Shown in pieces: positions 1-10,169 of a stretch of 64,000 nt of DNA. The stretch is from an uncultured Collinsella sp. (GTDB taxonomy: Bacteria; Actinomycetota; Coriobacteriia; Coriobacteriales; Coriobacteriaceae). The stretch is taken from contig CAUFRO010000001.1 of the NCBI GenBank assembly GCA_959027945.1, forward strand, positions 15,260-79,259. The letters are read 5' to 3'. Positions within the stretch are counted from its first letter, which is position 1; every line of letters starts with the position of its first letter. A model generated the notes under the pieces. The model was given only the letters and a program-made list of their open reading frames with translations. It did not search any database and was not told the DNA's origin. Both the position numbers and the translations under genes were made by a program.

Positions 1-2
1 AG

Positions 3-230
3 CCTTCGAGCCCGGTGCTCTTTCCGGCGGAACTATTCGATGCACTCATGCGTCTTGAAGGCAAGGACGGCGGGGGCTCGATTCTCAAGGACCGTACCGA
101 CGTGGTGCTGGTCGAGGCGCGTGCCTACGAGCTGTGGGATGTCGATACCGCAGAGGGACAGCGACGCATAACGGAGCATATCGCGGCCTGCTCGTATTTT
201 GATCGCGTGGCCAACTGTATTAATCAATAA
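3..230 (+). CDS. 3' part of MocA/YgfJ-like molybdenum cofactor nucleotidyltransferase (partial, runs off window start)
   Basis: Open frame from base 3 reading PSSPVLFPAELFDALMRLEGKDGG...WDVDT, matching the MocA/MobA-like C-terminus; lies next to Mo-hydroxylase accessory genes. Confidence 0.7.
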   Translation, partial: PSSPVLFPAELFDALMRLEGKDGGGSILKDRTDVVLVEARAYELWDVDTAEGQRRITEHIAACSYFDRVANCINQ

Positions 231-238
231 GGAGCAAC

Positions 239-1606
239 ATGATCATCATCAAAAACGGCGCGCTCGTGACGCCCCAGGGGCTTCGCCGCGCCGATCTTGC
301 CATGGAGGGCGACAAGATTGTGCGGATTGCCGCGGCGATTGAGCCGGCCGAGGGCGATACCGTCGAGGACGCCGCGGGCTGCTGGGTGTTTCCCGGCTTT
401 ATCGACGGCCACACGCACATGCAGTGCTGGACTGGCATGGATTGGACAGCCGATAGCTTTGAAACCGGCACGCGTGCGGCTGCCTGCGGCGGTACGACGA
501 CCATCGTGGACTACGCGACGGCCGATCGCGGCGTGACCATGCCCGATGCCTTGGCCGAGTGGCATCGCCGTGCCGACGGAACCTGCACGGCCAACTACGC
601 CTTTCATATGGCACTCGCCGAGTGGAATGAACGCAACCGCGCCGATCTTTCGGCTATGCGCGAGGCGGGCGTATCGTCGTTTAAGACCTACTTTGCCTAC
701 GATCATTTGCGCCTGGATGATGCCGAGACGCTCGAGGTGCTCGAGGAGCTCAAGCGTATTGGCGGCATACTGTGCGTGCATTGCGAGAACGGTACGCTGG
801 TGAATGAGCTGCAGAAGCGCGTGTACGAGCAGGGGATTCATGGGCCCGAGGGGCATGCGCTCAGCCGCCCGGACGTGTGTGAGGCCGAAGCCGTGAGCCG
901 CCTGCTGTATCTGGCGCACCTGGCCGGCGACGCCCCAGTCAACGTGGTGCACCTTTCGACCAAGTTGGGGCTCGGGGCCATTCGTGCTGCCAAAGCGCGC
1001 GGGCAGAAGAATATCTATGTCGAGACCTGCCCCCAATATCTGATGCTTGACGACACCTGCTATCTGGAGCAGGGCGAGGACGGCTTTGCGGGCGCCAAGT
1101 ACGTGATGAGCCCGCCGCTGCGCCATGCCGGCGACCGTGCCGCGCTGCGCGAGGCGCTTGTGGCCGGCGAGATCGATACGATTGCGACCGATCATTGCAG
1201 CTTTAACCTGCACGGGCAAAAGGACCGCGGGCGCGACGATTTCCGCGCGATTCCCAACGGCGGGCCCGGCGTGGAGCATCGTCCCGTCGCGATTGCCACG
1301 AGCTTTGAGGGACAGCTGGGACCCGAGGATCTGTGCCGCTTGATGAGCGAGAACCCGGCGCGCGTGTTTGGCATGTACCCGCGCAAGGGCTGTCTTGCCG
1401 AGGGCGCCGATGCCGATGTGTGCGTGTGGGATCCCAAAGCGCGCTGGACAATCAGCGCCGCGACACAGCATCAGGCCGTGGACTACACGCCGCTCGAGGG
1501 CTTTGAGGCACATGGCCGCGCCAAGGCCGTGTTTGTGAACGGCGTGCTGGTGGCGCGCGATGGCGAGCCCACCGGAGCCCAACCCGGCCGCTACGTGCCC
1601 CGCTAG
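239..1606 (+). CDS. hydA: Dihydropyrimidinase / D-hydantoinase (amidohydrolase superfamily)
   Basis: PGFIDGHTH, GGTTT, VHCENG, VHLS, ETCPQYL, SPPLR, ATDHC motifs; AAGGAG RBS. Confidence 0.92.
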   Translation: MIIIKNGALVTPQGLRRADLAMEGDKIVRIAAAIEPAEGDTVEDAAGCWVFPGFIDGHTHMQCWTGMDWTADSFETGTRAAACGGTTTIVDYATADRGVTMPDALAEWHRRADGTCTANYAFHMALAEWNERNRADLSAMREAGVSSFKTYFAYDHLRLDDAETLEVLEELKRIGGILCVHCENGTLVNELQKRVYEQGIHGPEGHALSRPDVCEAEAVSRLLYLAHLAGDAPVNVVHLSTKLGLGAIRAAKARGQKNIYVETCPQYLMLDDTCYLEQGEDGFAGAKYVMSPPLRHAGDRAALREALVAGEIDTIATDHCSFNLHGQKDRGRDDFRAIPNGGPGVEHRPVAIATSFEGQLGPEDLCRLMSENPARVFGMYPRKGCLAEGADADVCVWDPKARWTISAATQHQAVDYTPLEGFEAHGRAKAVFVNGVLVARDGEPTGAQPGRYVPR

Positions 1607-1631
1607 CAGCAAAGATGCCGTGTCCCCTCCG

Positions 1632-1700
1632 CAGTTGCGGTGAAATACGGACTGTTTGCGGCCGTTTGGCGGCCAAACAGTCCGTATTTCACCGCAACTG
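1632..1700. repeat. Perfect 26-bp inverted repeat (REP/MITE-like palindrome), copy 1
   Basis: CAGTTGCGGTGAAATACGGACTGTTT (1632-1657) and its exact reverse complement (1675-1700), between convergent hydA and yqeC. Confidence 0.9.
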
Positions 1701-1715
1701 AGGAGATGGGGCCGG

Positions 1716-2450
1716 CTACTTGAGGCTGCCGGCGACGACGGGGCGGTCGAGAGCTGCCTCGAAGCGGTCGGCCATCGTGGGGTCGCTGAGCGTGTCGACT
1801 TGGTTGAGCATGACGCGTGCGGTGCTGAGTTTCAGCGCCTGCATCTCGGCATTGAGCACCATGGCGACGCGCTCGGGTGTGGCGATGTCGGTAGGCTCGC
1901 AGCCGCAACGCTCGCAAAAGAGCTCGGGGCGGTGGACGGCTTCGTTGATGGGCTTGCCGAGCCCTGAGGCGCCGGCGATCCAGACGATGTTGGCCGTGCC
2001 AGAGGGAATCACCGGCTCCCAGGCGGCGTGGGCCTTGAGCGGGAGCCGCTTGCTGCCGTCCGCCTCGGCCAGGACGTAGTCAAAGCGCTGCGCCAGCTGG
2101 TCGAGCGGCTCGGCAGGGGAGGAGAGCTTGCCCGTCTCCGGGTCCAAAACACCCGCCTGGCAGATGCCTCCGCGGCTCATGCCCGCGCATGCCTCGCAGG
2201 TGCAGCCGGGAACATGCAGGGCCCCCGGCTTCCAAGGCACGGCGTCCAAGCGACGGCTCGACCCGTCCCATGGCACGCCGGCGACGGGGAACATGCGCGT
2301 GGTGGTGCAGAGGAGCACCCTGCCGCCAGCGCGCATGAGCTCGAGACCCAGCGCCTTCAGCAAGGTCGACTTGCCACCGCTGCCGATAATCGCGGTAATG
2401 CCCGGCTCGATCTTGAGCGCCGAGGCAAGATTGCCGCTAACCGTTTCCAT
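1716..2450 (-). CDS. yqeC: Selenium cofactor biosynthesis protein YqeC
   Basis: GSGGKST P-loop, TTT motif, EADGSKRLPLKAHAAWEPVIP signature; adjacent to yqeB. Confidence 0.85.
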   Translation of the reverse strand: METVSGNLASALKIEPGITAIIGSGGKSTLLKALGLELMRAGGRVLLCTTTRMFPVAGVPWDGSSRRLDAVPWKPGALHVPGCTCEACAGMSRGGICQAGVLDPETGKLSSPAEPLDQLAQRFDYVLAEADGSKRLPLKAHAAWEPVIPSGTANIVWIAGASGLGKPINEAVHRPELFCERCGCEPTDIATPERVAMVLNAEMQALKLSTARVMLNQVDTLSDPTMADRFEAALDRPVVAGSLK

Positions 2451-2553
2451 CTGTTCACCGCCGTATAATACTGTGATAATAAATAATCATCAGAGTAGCG
2501 GTCGAACCGCTTTTTGCTCTGCTCAAACCGTAGCACAGGGAGGTGCCCCGGGA

Positions 2554-3348
2554 ATGCTCGTTTATGTTCGCGGCGCCGGCGATATCGCCACGGGTGTCGC
2601 TGCCCGTTTGGTGCGCGCCGGCGTGTCGGTCGTCATGGCCGATATCGCGGTTCCCACGTGCATCCGTCGCACAATCAGTTTTTGCGAGGCCATTCGCTTG
2701 GGCGAGGTCGAGGTCGAGGGCATTCGCGCCCGCTTGGCGCAGACGCCGGCTGAGGCGCTCGAGATTACCCAAGCGGGGGATGTCGCCGTGGTGGTGGACC
2801 CTCAGGCCAAGATGCTCGATGAGCTTAAACCCGCGGCTGTGGTCGACGCGATTCTGGCCAAGCGCAACCTGGGTACCACGCGCGACATGGCGCCTGCCGT
2901 TATTGCCGTGGGACCGGGCTTCACCGCGCCGGTTGACTGCGACGCCGTGGTCGAAACCATGCGCGGGCATTTCCTGGGCCGTGTCATTACCCAAGGTTCG
3001 CCCCAGCCCAACACGGGCGTGCCGGGCATTATCGCCGGCTATGGCAGGGAGCGCGTTATTCACAGCCCCGTCGCCGGCGTGTTTCGGTCCGACCGCGCAA
3101 TCGGCGACATCGTGCGCGCCGGAGACGTGATTGGCTACGCGGGCGATACGCCCATACGCACGCAGATCGATGGCTGTCTGCGCGGGCTTTTGGCGAACGG
3201 CGTGCAGGTGACTGAGGGCTTTAAATGCGTCGATGTCGATCCGCGCGGCGATGCCAGCTATATCAACTACATTTCGGACAAGGCGACGTCGGTCGGCGGC
3301 GGCGTGCTCGAGGCGCTCGCCATGCTCACCGATGTCTTTAGAGGATAG
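2554..3348 (+). CDS. yqeB: Selenium-dependent molybdenum hydroxylase system protein YqeB
   Basis: VRGAGDIATG, IRRTISF, DAILAKRNLGT, GPGF, ETMRGH, DVDPR, ISDKA motifs; ATG at 2554 after GGAGG. Confidence 0.9.
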   Translation: MLVYVRGAGDIATGVAARLVRAGVSVVMADIAVPTCIRRTISFCEAIRLGEVEVEGIRARLAQTPAEALEITQAGDVAVVVDPQAKMLDELKPAAVVDAILAKRNLGTTRDMAPAVIAVGPGFTAPVDCDAVVETMRGHFLGRVITQGSPQPNTGVPGIIAGYGRERVIHSPVAGVFRSDRAIGDIVRAGDVIGYAGDTPIRTQIDGCLRGLLANGVQVTEGFKCVDVDPRGDASYINYISDKATSVGGGVLEALAMLTDVFRG

Positions 3349-3357
3349 AAGGCGGCA

Positions 3358-4401
3358 ATGGAAAAGCTCGATGTTGTGAATGCGGCGCTTGCCGCCCTGC
3401 GTGCTGGCGAGACGTGCGAGCTGGTGGTCGTGGCCGGCACGGCAGGGTCGTCGCCGCGCGGCGTGGGCGCCTGGATGGCCGTCTTTGCCGACGGTAGCCA
3501 AGCGGGCACTATCGGCGGCGGCAAGATTGAGCTCTTTGCGCTGGACGAGGCGCGCGAGCTGCTGGCCGGGGGTAAATCGCGTCTGGTCCGCTACACCATG
3601 GGCGGCGAGAACTCCGATACCGGCATGATCTGCGGCGGAGCCATCTGCCTGTGCTACCTACATCTGGATGCGACCCAGGCACCGTTGTTCCAGGAAATTG
3701 CCGACGTCTTGGTCTATCGGCGCATCGGCGACTTCGTCATCGACTTTGAACCGTTTATCGCGAGCGCGCTCGAGGGCGATGTGGCCGAGTACCATGGCGA
3801 GGCATCGCGCCATACCATTGCGGGCTGCCCCGGGCTTTCACTGGTGGAGGAGGGGAGTAACGTCACCTACACTAACGCCGCCTCCGAGATTCCCGCGGCG
3901 CACGTCGAGACGCTCTGCCCCGAGGGCCTGACCTACATCTTTGGCTGCGGACACGTGGGCGCCGCGACGGCGCGCGTGCTCACGGCGGCGGGCTTTGCCG
4001 TCGTGGCCTGCGATGACCGCCCCGGCACGTTGACGCCCGAATGGGTGCCCGGTGTCTACGATCGTCGCCTGGTCGATTACAAGAACCTGAGCGAGCTGTG
4101 TCCCATCGGTCCGCGCGACTTGGTGGTCGTCGCCACGGCGGGTCACAAGTCCGATATCGACGTGGTGATTCAGGCCATGCGTGCCAAGCCTGCCTACCTG
4201 GGCTGTCTGGGTTCGCGCCGCAAGACGGCCTTTGTGCGCGCCCGCCTGGAGCAGGAAGGCTTTACGCAGGACCAGATCGACGAGCTGCACCTTCCGATCG
4301 GCGTTGCCATCGAGGCCGAGGACCCCGAGGAGATCGCCATCTCCATCGCCGCCGAGATGATCCACCTGCGCCGCACCAAACTCGTCCCCCGCAAGCGCTA
4401 A
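3358..4401 (+). CDS. xdhC: XdhC/CoxI family Mo-cofactor insertion chaperone
   Basis: GSSPR...GTIGGG, GMICGG, IFGCGHVG, YLGCLGSRRK, PIG...PEEIAISIAAE. Confidence 0.88.
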   Translation: MEKLDVVNAALAALRAGETCELVVVAGTAGSSPRGVGAWMAVFADGSQAGTIGGGKIELFALDEARELLAGGKSRLVRYTMGGENSDTGMICGGAICLCYLHLDATQAPLFQEIADVLVYRRIGDFVIDFEPFIASALEGDVAEYHGEASRHTIAGCPGLSLVEEGSNVTYTNAASEIPAAHVETLCPEGLTYIFGCGHVGAATARVLTAAGFAVVACDDRPGTLTPEWVPGVYDRRLVDYKNLSELCPIGPRDLVVVATAGHKSDIDVVIQAMRAKPAYLGCLGSRRKTAFVRARLEQEGFTQDQIDELHLPIGVAIEAEDPEEIAISIAAEMIHLRRTKLVPRKR

Positions 4402-4419
4402 TCGCATCCCCACCAATAA

Positions 4420-4484
4420 GTTGCGGTGAAATACGGATTGTTTAAGCCTGTTAGGCCGCCAAACAGTCCCTATTTCACCGCAAC
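4420..4484. repeat. Palindromic element, copy 2 (same family as 1632-1700)
   Basis: GTTGCGGTGAAATACGGATTGTTT (4420-4443) / AAACAGTCCCTATTTCACCGCAAC (4461-4484). Confidence 0.85.
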
Positions 4485-4569
4485 AGCTTTTTGGGACCCA
4501 TTTGTGCGGGGGAGTTGTGGAGTTGTGCAGGCAGACGAGGTTTTTCTGGAAATACACTCCCGATGCGCG

Positions 4570-4712
4570 TATAGTACCGATTGTTTTGTCGGCTCCTGCT
4601 GTGTCGAGTCCAAACCGCAAAATGCCATGAGCGGCGCGGATGCAGCCAGGAGGCACGAGGACAACCCATCGTGGCCACGCCCCGTGCTTAAAACCCCAAG
4701 AAGGAGTGAACA
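4570..4712 (+). promoter_or_regulatory. Putative rplE promoter and structured 5' leader
   Basis: TATAGT -10-like hexamer at 4570-4575; 13-bp bulged stem 4593-4605/4639-4652; second stem 4653-4657/4683-4687; AAGGAG RBS. Confidence 0.45.
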
Positions 4713-5270
4713 ATGGCAGAAGAGAAGTATGTGCCGCGTCTGAAGACCAAGTACAACAACGAGGTCAAGCAGCAGCTTCAGGACAAGTTCCAGTACGAGA
4801 ACGTCATGATGATCCCCAAGTTTGAGAAGATTGTCGTGAACATGGGTGTCGGCGAGGCCGCTACCGATTCCAAGGCCATCGACGGTGCCGTGCGCGACCT
4901 GCGCGCCATCACCGGCCAGCAGCCGATGATCACCCGTGCCCGCAAGTCCATCGCTACCTTCCGCCTGCGCGCTGGTATGCCGATCGGCTGCAAGGTTACC
5001 CTGCGTGGCGACCGTATGTGGGAGTTCTTCGATCGTCTGACCTCCGTCGCGATCCCCCGTATCCGCGACTTCCGCGGCATCTCCGCCAAGAGCTTCGACG
5101 GCCGTGGTAACTTCTCCATGGGCGTCACCGAGCAGCTCATCTTCCCCGAGATCGACTTCGACTCCGTCGATCACCAGCGCGGTATGGACATCACTTTCGT
5201 GACCACCGCCAATACCGATGAGGAGGCCAAGGCCCTTCTGGACGCCTTCGGTTTCCCGTTCAAGAAATAG
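4713..5270 (+). CDS. rplE: 50S ribosomal protein L5
   Basis: [38 protein letters not shown]. Confidence 0.99.
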   Translation: MAEEKYVPRLKTKYNNEVKQQLQDKFQYENVMMIPKFEKIVVNMGVGEAATDSKAIDGAVRDLRAITGQQPMITRARKSIATFRLRAGMPIGCKVTLRGDRMWEFFDRLTSVAIPRIRDFRGISAKSFDGRGNFSMGVTEQLIFPEIDFDSVDHQRGMDITFVTTANTDEEAKALLDAFGFPFKK

Positions 5271-5349
5271 GTTCACCTGCCCTATAAGTGCCGTTCCCAC
5301 AAGGGGGCGGCGCTTGGGGCGAACAATACTCTATGTGAGGAGGATATAA

Positions 5350-5535
5350 GTGGCTAAGACATCGATGATCGTCAAGTGCAATCGCAAGCAGAAGTTCTCT
5401 ACTCGTGAGTACACGCGCTGCCAGCGCTGCGGCCGTCCGCACTCTGTGTACCGCAAGTTCGGCCTGTGCCGTGTCTGCTTCCGCGAGCTTGCACTCAAGG
5501 GCGAGCTTCCCGGCGTTAAGAAGGCCAGCTGGTAA
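5350..5535 (+). CDS. rpsN: 30S ribosomal protein S14 (zinc-binding type Z)
   Basis: 61 aa, RCQRCGR...[10 protein letters not shown]. Confidence 0.98.
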   Translation: MAKTSMIVKCNRKQKFSTREYTRCQRCGRPHSVYRKFGLCRVCFRELALKGELPGVKKASW

Positions 5536-5654
5536 GTCACTACCAGCGTTTCAAGCATCAGTTTGGAACAGGGAAAACGCGCTAAAAAGGCTTTGCCGTT
5601 AAGGGCGGCGAAGAACCAAGAGCACGTGTTCATCAAGAACGAAGGAGAATCTGT

Positions 5655-6053
5655 ATGAACCTTACAGACCCGATCGCAGATATGCTTACGCGCATCCGTA
5701 ACGCTAACTCTGTGAACAAGGCCACGGTCTCCATGCCGAGCAGCAAGAAGCTCGTCGAGATCGCTCGTGTTCTGCACGAGGAGGGCTACATCGAGGGCTA
5801 CGATGTCGAGGACACCGTTCCCCAGAAGACTCTGCACATCACGCTTAAGTATGGTCCCAAGAAGGCTAAGGTCATCAACGGCATCCGCCGCATTTCCAAG
5901 CCGGGCCTGCGTAAGTACACCGGCGTTGCCGACATGCCCCGCGTCCGCGGTGGCCTTGGTACCGCCATTATTTCCACCAGCCATGGCGTCATGACCGACC
6001 GCGATGCTCGCAAGCACAACGTCGGCGGCGAGATCATCGCTTACGTCTGGTAA
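5655..6053 (+). CDS. rpsH: 30S ribosomal protein S8
   Basis: [31 protein letters not shown]. Confidence 0.99.
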   Translation: MNLTDPIADMLTRIRNANSVNKATVSMPSSKKLVEIARVLHEEGYIEGYDVEDTVPQKTLHITLKYGPKKAKVINGIRRISKPGLRKYTGVADMPRVRGGLGTAIISTSHGVMTDRDARKHNVGGEIIAYVW

Positions 6054-6086
6054 TTCGCTCGGTAGGTAGAAGGAAAGGAGATCACC

Positions 6087-6623
6087 GTGTCTCGTATCGG
6101 TAATAAGCCTGTCCAGATTCCCGCCGGAGTCGAAGTGGCAGTCAACGGCAACAACGTTGTCGTCAAGGGCCCCAAGGGCCAGCTCGAGCTCGATGTCTAT
6201 GAGAAGCTCGCTATCAACGTCGAGGACAACGTCCTCACCGTTTCCCGTCCCGACGACGAGCGTGAGACCCGTGCCCGCCACGGCCTCACCCGTGCCCTCA
6301 TCCACAACATGGTTGTTGGCGTTTCCGAGGGCTTCGAGAAGAAGCTCGAGCTCGCCGGCGTCGGTTACCGCGTGCAGCAGAAGGGCAAGAACCTCGAGTT
6401 CTCCCTGGGCTTCTCGCACCCCGTGATCGTCGAGGCTCCCGAGGGCATCACCTTCGAGGTTCCCGACAACACCCACGTGAACGTCAAGGGTATCAACAAG
6501 CAGCAGGTCGGTCAGATCGCCGCTGAGATCCGCGGCCATCGTCCTCCCGAGCCTTACAAGGGCAAGGGTATCCACTACGTTGGCGAGCACATCCGCCGCA
6601 AGCTGGGTAAGGCCGCCAAGTAG
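6087..6623 (+). CDS. rplF: 50S ribosomal protein L6
   Basis: [17 protein letters not shown]. Confidence 0.99.
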   Translation: MSRIGNKPVQIPAGVEVAVNGNNVVVKGPKGQLELDVYEKLAINVEDNVLTVSRPDDERETRARHGLTRALIHNMVVGVSEGFEKKLELAGVGYRVQQKGKNLEFSLGFSHPVIVEAPEGITFEVPDNTHVNVKGINKQQVGQIAAEIRGHRPPEPYKGKGIHYVGEHIRRKLGKAAK

Positions 6624-6698
6624 TCGTAACCGACTCACTCGCATAAGACCAGCACCCCGTCAGGTGCTGGCAAGATCAACCTTTTTAGGAGTTTACGT

Positions 6699-7067
6699 AT
6701 GAACAAGCATAAGGCGAAGCTGGAAGGCCTCAAGCGTCGTCAGCGTCGTGTTCGCGGCAAGGTCTCGGGTACCGCCGAGCGTCCGCGTCTTCGCGTGACC
6801 CGTACTAACGCCAACATCTATGCCCAGATCATCGACGACAGCAAGGGCTCCAGCCTGACGCTCGTCTCCGCCTCGACCCTCGAGGCCGAGTTCAAGGGCA
6901 CCCACACCTCGAACAAGGAGGCTGCGGAGAAGGTCGGTCAGCTCGTTGGCAAGCGCGCCATCGAGGCCGGCATCACCAAGGTCGCCTTCGATCGCGGTGG
7001 CCGTATCTACCATGGCCGCGTCAAGGCCCTCGCCGACGGTGCTCGTGCCGCCGGTCTCGAGTTCTAG
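6699..7067 (+). CDS. rplR: 50S ribosomal protein L18
   Basis: [28 protein letters not shown]. Confidence 0.99.
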   Translation: MNKHKAKLEGLKRRQRRVRGKVSGTAERPRLRVTRTNANIYAQIIDDSKGSSLTLVSASTLEAEFKGTHTSNKEAAEKVGQLVGKRAIEAGITKVAFDRGGRIYHGRVKALADGARAAGLEF

Positions 7068-7081
7068 GAGGTATGTAGCAC

Positions 7082-7606
7082 ATGGCTCGTAATCAGAAGC
7101 AGCAGCGCGAGGCCTCCGAGTTCGAGGAGCGCGTCGTTTACATCAACCGCGTGTCGAAGACCGTCAAGGGTGGTCGTCGCATGAGCCTCGTCGCTCTCGT
7201 CGTCGTTGGCGACGGCAAGGGCAACGTCGGCGTTGGCATGGGCAAGTCCGCTGAGGTGCCCATGGCCATCTCCAAGGCGTCTCTCGATGCCAAGAAGAAC
7301 ATGTTCCACGTGCCGGTGACCGATCAGGGCACCATTCCGCACGAGGTTCTCGGTCACTTTGGTGCCGGCCGCATCATCATCAAGCCCGCTGTCGAGGGTA
7401 CCGGCGTTATCGCCGGCGGCGCTGTGCGTCCCCTCTTCGAGCTTGCTGGCATCAAGAACGTCCTGTCCAAGTCCCTCGGTACCGACAACGGCCTCAACAT
7501 CATCAAGGCTGCCGTCGAGGGCCTCAAGGAGCTCTCCAGCCCTGAGGACGTCGCGGCTCGCCGTGGCCTGACGGTCTCCGAGATGTTCGTCGGTAAGGAG
7601 AACTAA
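7082..7606 (+). CDS. rpsE: 30S ribosomal protein S5
   Basis: [20 protein letters not shown]. Confidence 0.99.
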   Translation: MARNQKQQREASEFEERVVYINRVSKTVKGGRRMSLVALVVVGDGKGNVGVGMGKSAEVPMAISKASLDAKKNMFHVPVTDQGTIPHEVLGHFGAGRIIIKPAVEGTGVIAGGAVRPLFELAGIKNVLSKSLGTDNGLNIIKAAVEGLKELSSPEDVAARRGLTVSEMFVGKEN

Positions 7607-7608
7607 GC

Positions 7609-7791
7609 ATGGCTGACACCATCAAGATCAAGCAGGTCCGCAGCACCAACGGTTGCAAGCAGGACCAGGTCCGTACTGTCCGTGCCCTCGGTCTCCACAG
7701 GATCCGCGAGGTTCGCGAGATTGCTGACAACGAGTCCGTCCGCGGCATGATCTTCAAGGTCAAGCACCTTGTCGAGATTGTAGAGGAGTAG
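7609..7791 (+). CDS. rpmD: 50S ribosomal protein L30
   Basis: 60 aa, IKQVRS...TVRALGL...RGMIFKVKHLV; synteny. Confidence 0.97.
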   Translation: MADTIKIKQVRSTNGCKQDQVRTVRALGLHRIREVREIADNESVRGMIFKVKHLVEIVEE

Positions 7792-7794
7792 CAA

Positions 7795-8244
7795 ATGCAG
7801 CTTCACGATCTTACTCCCGCGCCCGGTTCCACCAAGAACCGCAAGCGCGTCGGCCGTGGCAATTCTTCGGGTCACGGCACCACTTCTGGCCGCGGTCAGA
7901 AGGGCCAGGGTTCCCGCTCTGGCGGCACCAAGGGTGCCGGCTTCGAGGGTGGCCAGACTCCGCTGGCTATGCGCCTGCCCAAGCTTCCGGGCTTCCGCAA
8001 CCCCCGTCGTATCGAGTACACCGCTGTTAACGTCGAGCGTCTCGAGCGCAAGTTCGAGGATGGCGCTGTAATCGACGGTGCCGCTCTTAAGGCCGCTCGC
8101 ATCACCAAGAGCGAGTTCGAGCCCGTCAAGGTGCTCGGCAATGGTGAGCTCACCAAGAAGTTCACGGTCAAGGTCGACAAGGTCAGCGCTTCTGCGCAGG
8201 CCAAGATCGAGGCCGCCGGCGGAAAGGTCGAGCTGCCGTGCTAA
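7795..8244 (+). CDS. rplO: 50S ribosomal protein L15
   Basis: RVGRG...[15 protein letters not shown]. Confidence 0.99.
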   Translation: MQLHDLTPAPGSTKNRKRVGRGNSSGHGTTSGRGQKGQGSRSGGTKGAGFEGGQTPLAMRLPKLPGFRNPRRIEYTAVNVERLERKFEDGAVIDGAALKAARITKSEFEPVKVLGNGELTKKFTVKVDKVSASAQAKIEAAGGKVELPC

Positions 8245-9524
8245 ATGGTCTTAAGAATGCTTTCCGCATCAAAGAATTGCGCGAAAAGATTCTTTTTACC
8301 ATAGCTATGCTCGTCGTGTACCGCATTGGTGCGCACGTTCCTGTGCCCGGCATTCCCTTCCAGGGGATGCTGGGCCTTTTCTCGACCGATAACAATTCGG
8401 TCGCCGCAGGTGCTATGGCCCTCCTGAATCTTTTCTCTGGCGGCGCGTTGAGCTATGTTTCGGTGTTTTCGCTGGGCATCATGCCTTACATCACCAGCTC
8501 GATCATCCTCCAGATGCTCCAGGCCGTTGTGCCTTCCCTGCATGAGCTTGCCCGCGAGGGCGAGGTCGGTCAGACCAAGATTACGCAGTATTCGCGTTAC
8601 CTCACCTTGGCTCTGGCAATCCTCAACTCCGTGGGTTACCTCTTCCTCTTTAAGAGCTTCGGCATCAGCTTCAATGGCGCCGGCGCTCCCGAGATCATCT
8701 TCGACCTCATGATCGTCGGTACGCTCACCGCGGGCGCCATGCTGATCATGTGGATTGGTGAGCTCATCACCCAGCGCGGTATCGGCAATGGCATGTCGCT
8801 GATCATCTTTGCGAACATCATGGCTGGTCTGCCGCAGGCGATCTTCTCCAGCACCGAGGGCAATGCCGGTGGCATCATCACCATGGTGATCATCTGCGCC
8901 ATCATCCTGCTGGTTATCCCGCTGATTGTTTTCCTTGAGCGCGGCCAGCGCCGCATCCCGGTCTCCTACGCCAAACGCGTCGTGGGCCGTCGCATGATGG
9001 GTGGCCAGACCACCTATCTGCCCATCAAGGTCAACACCGCGGGTGTCGTGCCGATCATCTTCGCTTCGGCGCTGCTGTACTTCCCGGCTCAGATTGCCGT
9101 GTTCTTCCCCGGCATCGGCTGGATTCAGGCAGTTGCCTCCGCGCTTTCGACCGGTTGGCTCAACTGGGTGCTTAACGTTGTCCTCATCGTGTTCTTCGCG
9201 TACTTCTACACCTCCATGGTGTTCAACCCCGATGACACGGCCGACAACCTTAAGAAGCAGGGCGGCTTTATTCCGGGCGTGCGTCCGGGTAGGGCTACCG
9301 CGGCCTACATCAAGAACGCGCTCAACAAGATCACGCTTCCCAGCGCTGTCTTTTTGGCGCTCATCGCCATCGTGCCTTCGATCATCTTCTCCTTCACGGG
9401 TAACCATCTGATCCAGGCATTTGGCGGCACGTCCATCCTCATCATGGTCGGCGTCGTGCTCGACACGGTCGATAAGCTCGAAGGCCAGATCAAGATGTAT
9501 GATTACGATGGATTCTTTAAATAG
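8238..9524 (+). CDS. secY: Preprotein translocase subunit SecY
   Basis: [31 protein letters not shown]; multiple TM segments. Confidence 0.99.
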   Translation: MLNGLKNAFRIKELREKILFTIAMLVVYRIGAHVPVPGIPFQGMLGLFSTDNNSVAAGAMALLNLFSGGALSYVSVFSLGIMPYITSSIILQMLQAVVPSLHELAREGEVGQTKITQYSRYLTLALAILNSVGYLFLFKSFGISFNGAGAPEIIFDLMIVGTLTAGAMLIMWIGELITQRGIGNGMSLIIFANIMAGLPQAIFSSTEGNAGGIITMVIICAIILLVIPLIVFLERGQRRIPVSYAKRVVGRRMMGGQTTYLPIKVNTAGVVPIIFASALLYFPAQIAVFFPGIGWIQAVASALSTGWLNWVLNVVLIVFFAYFYTSMVFNPDDTADNLKKQGGFIPGVRPGRATAAYIKNALNKITLPSAVFLALIAIVPSIIFSFTGNHLIQAFGGTSILIMVGVVLDTVDKLEGQIKMYDYDGFFK

Positions 9525-9542
9525 GCTAGAGGAGGATTGCTC

Positions 9543-10169
9543 ATGAACCTCGTATTGCTCGGAGCTCCGGGTGCCGGTAAGGGCACCGTCGCACAGGAGC
9601 TCGTCGCCGAGTTTGGCGTCGCTCACATTTCCACGGGCGACCTGCTGCGTGCTGCCGTTAAGGGTGGCACCGAGCTTGGTATTCAGGCTAAGAAGTACAT
9701 GGACGCTGGCGAGCTCGTTCCCGACCAGCTCGTGATCGACCTTGTCAAGGAGCGCCTTGCCGCCGACGACGCCCAGCAGGGCTTCATCCTCGACGGCTTC
9801 CCGCGCAACACCGCCCAGGCTGTGACGCTCGATTCCGAGCTCTCCGCCATGGGTCGTGAGATTGATTGCGCCCTTCTGGTCGATGTGGCCCCCGAGGTTA
9901 TCATCGATCGTCTGTCTTCGCGTCGCACCTGCCGCGCCTGCGGTTACACCGGCACCGCCGCCGATGTCACCTGCCCCAAGTGCGGTGGCGAGATGTATCA
10001 GCGCGACGACGACAAGCCCGAGACCATCAAGAACCGTCTCGACGTCTACGAGAAGTCCACGAGCCCGCTCGTCGACTACTATCGTGGCCAGGGTCTGCTC
10101 AAGTCGGTCAACGGTGACCAGGCTCGCGAGACCGTGTACGGGGATGTCAAAGAGGCTCTCGGTCTATGA
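9543..10169 (+). CDS. adk: Adenylate kinase (zinc lid)
   Basis: GAPGAGKGT, HISTGD, LDGFPR, CxxC...CxxC lid. Confidence 0.98.
   Translation: MNLVLLGAPGAGKGTVAQELVAEFGVAHISTGDLLRAAVKGGTELGIQAKKYMDAGELVPDQLVIDLVKERLAADDAQQGFILDGFPRNTAQAVTLDSELSAMGREIDCALLVDVAPEVIIDRLSSRRTCRACGYTGTAADVTCPKCGGEMYQRDDDKPETIKNRLDVYEKSTSPLVDYYRGQGLLKSVNGDQARETVYGDVKEALGL

Noticed and set aside
2128..2553. Extended N-termini in the ORF track (yqeB, gltA, secA, murQ, higA, sce7726-like, PBP)
   Set aside because: Extensions overlap neighbouring genes or lack an RBS; downstream starts with good RBS fit family lengths
239..4401. Selenocysteine (UGA) recoding in the Se-related genes
   Set aside because: All ORFs are complete with no in-frame TGA; yqeB/yqeC concern a labile Se cofactor
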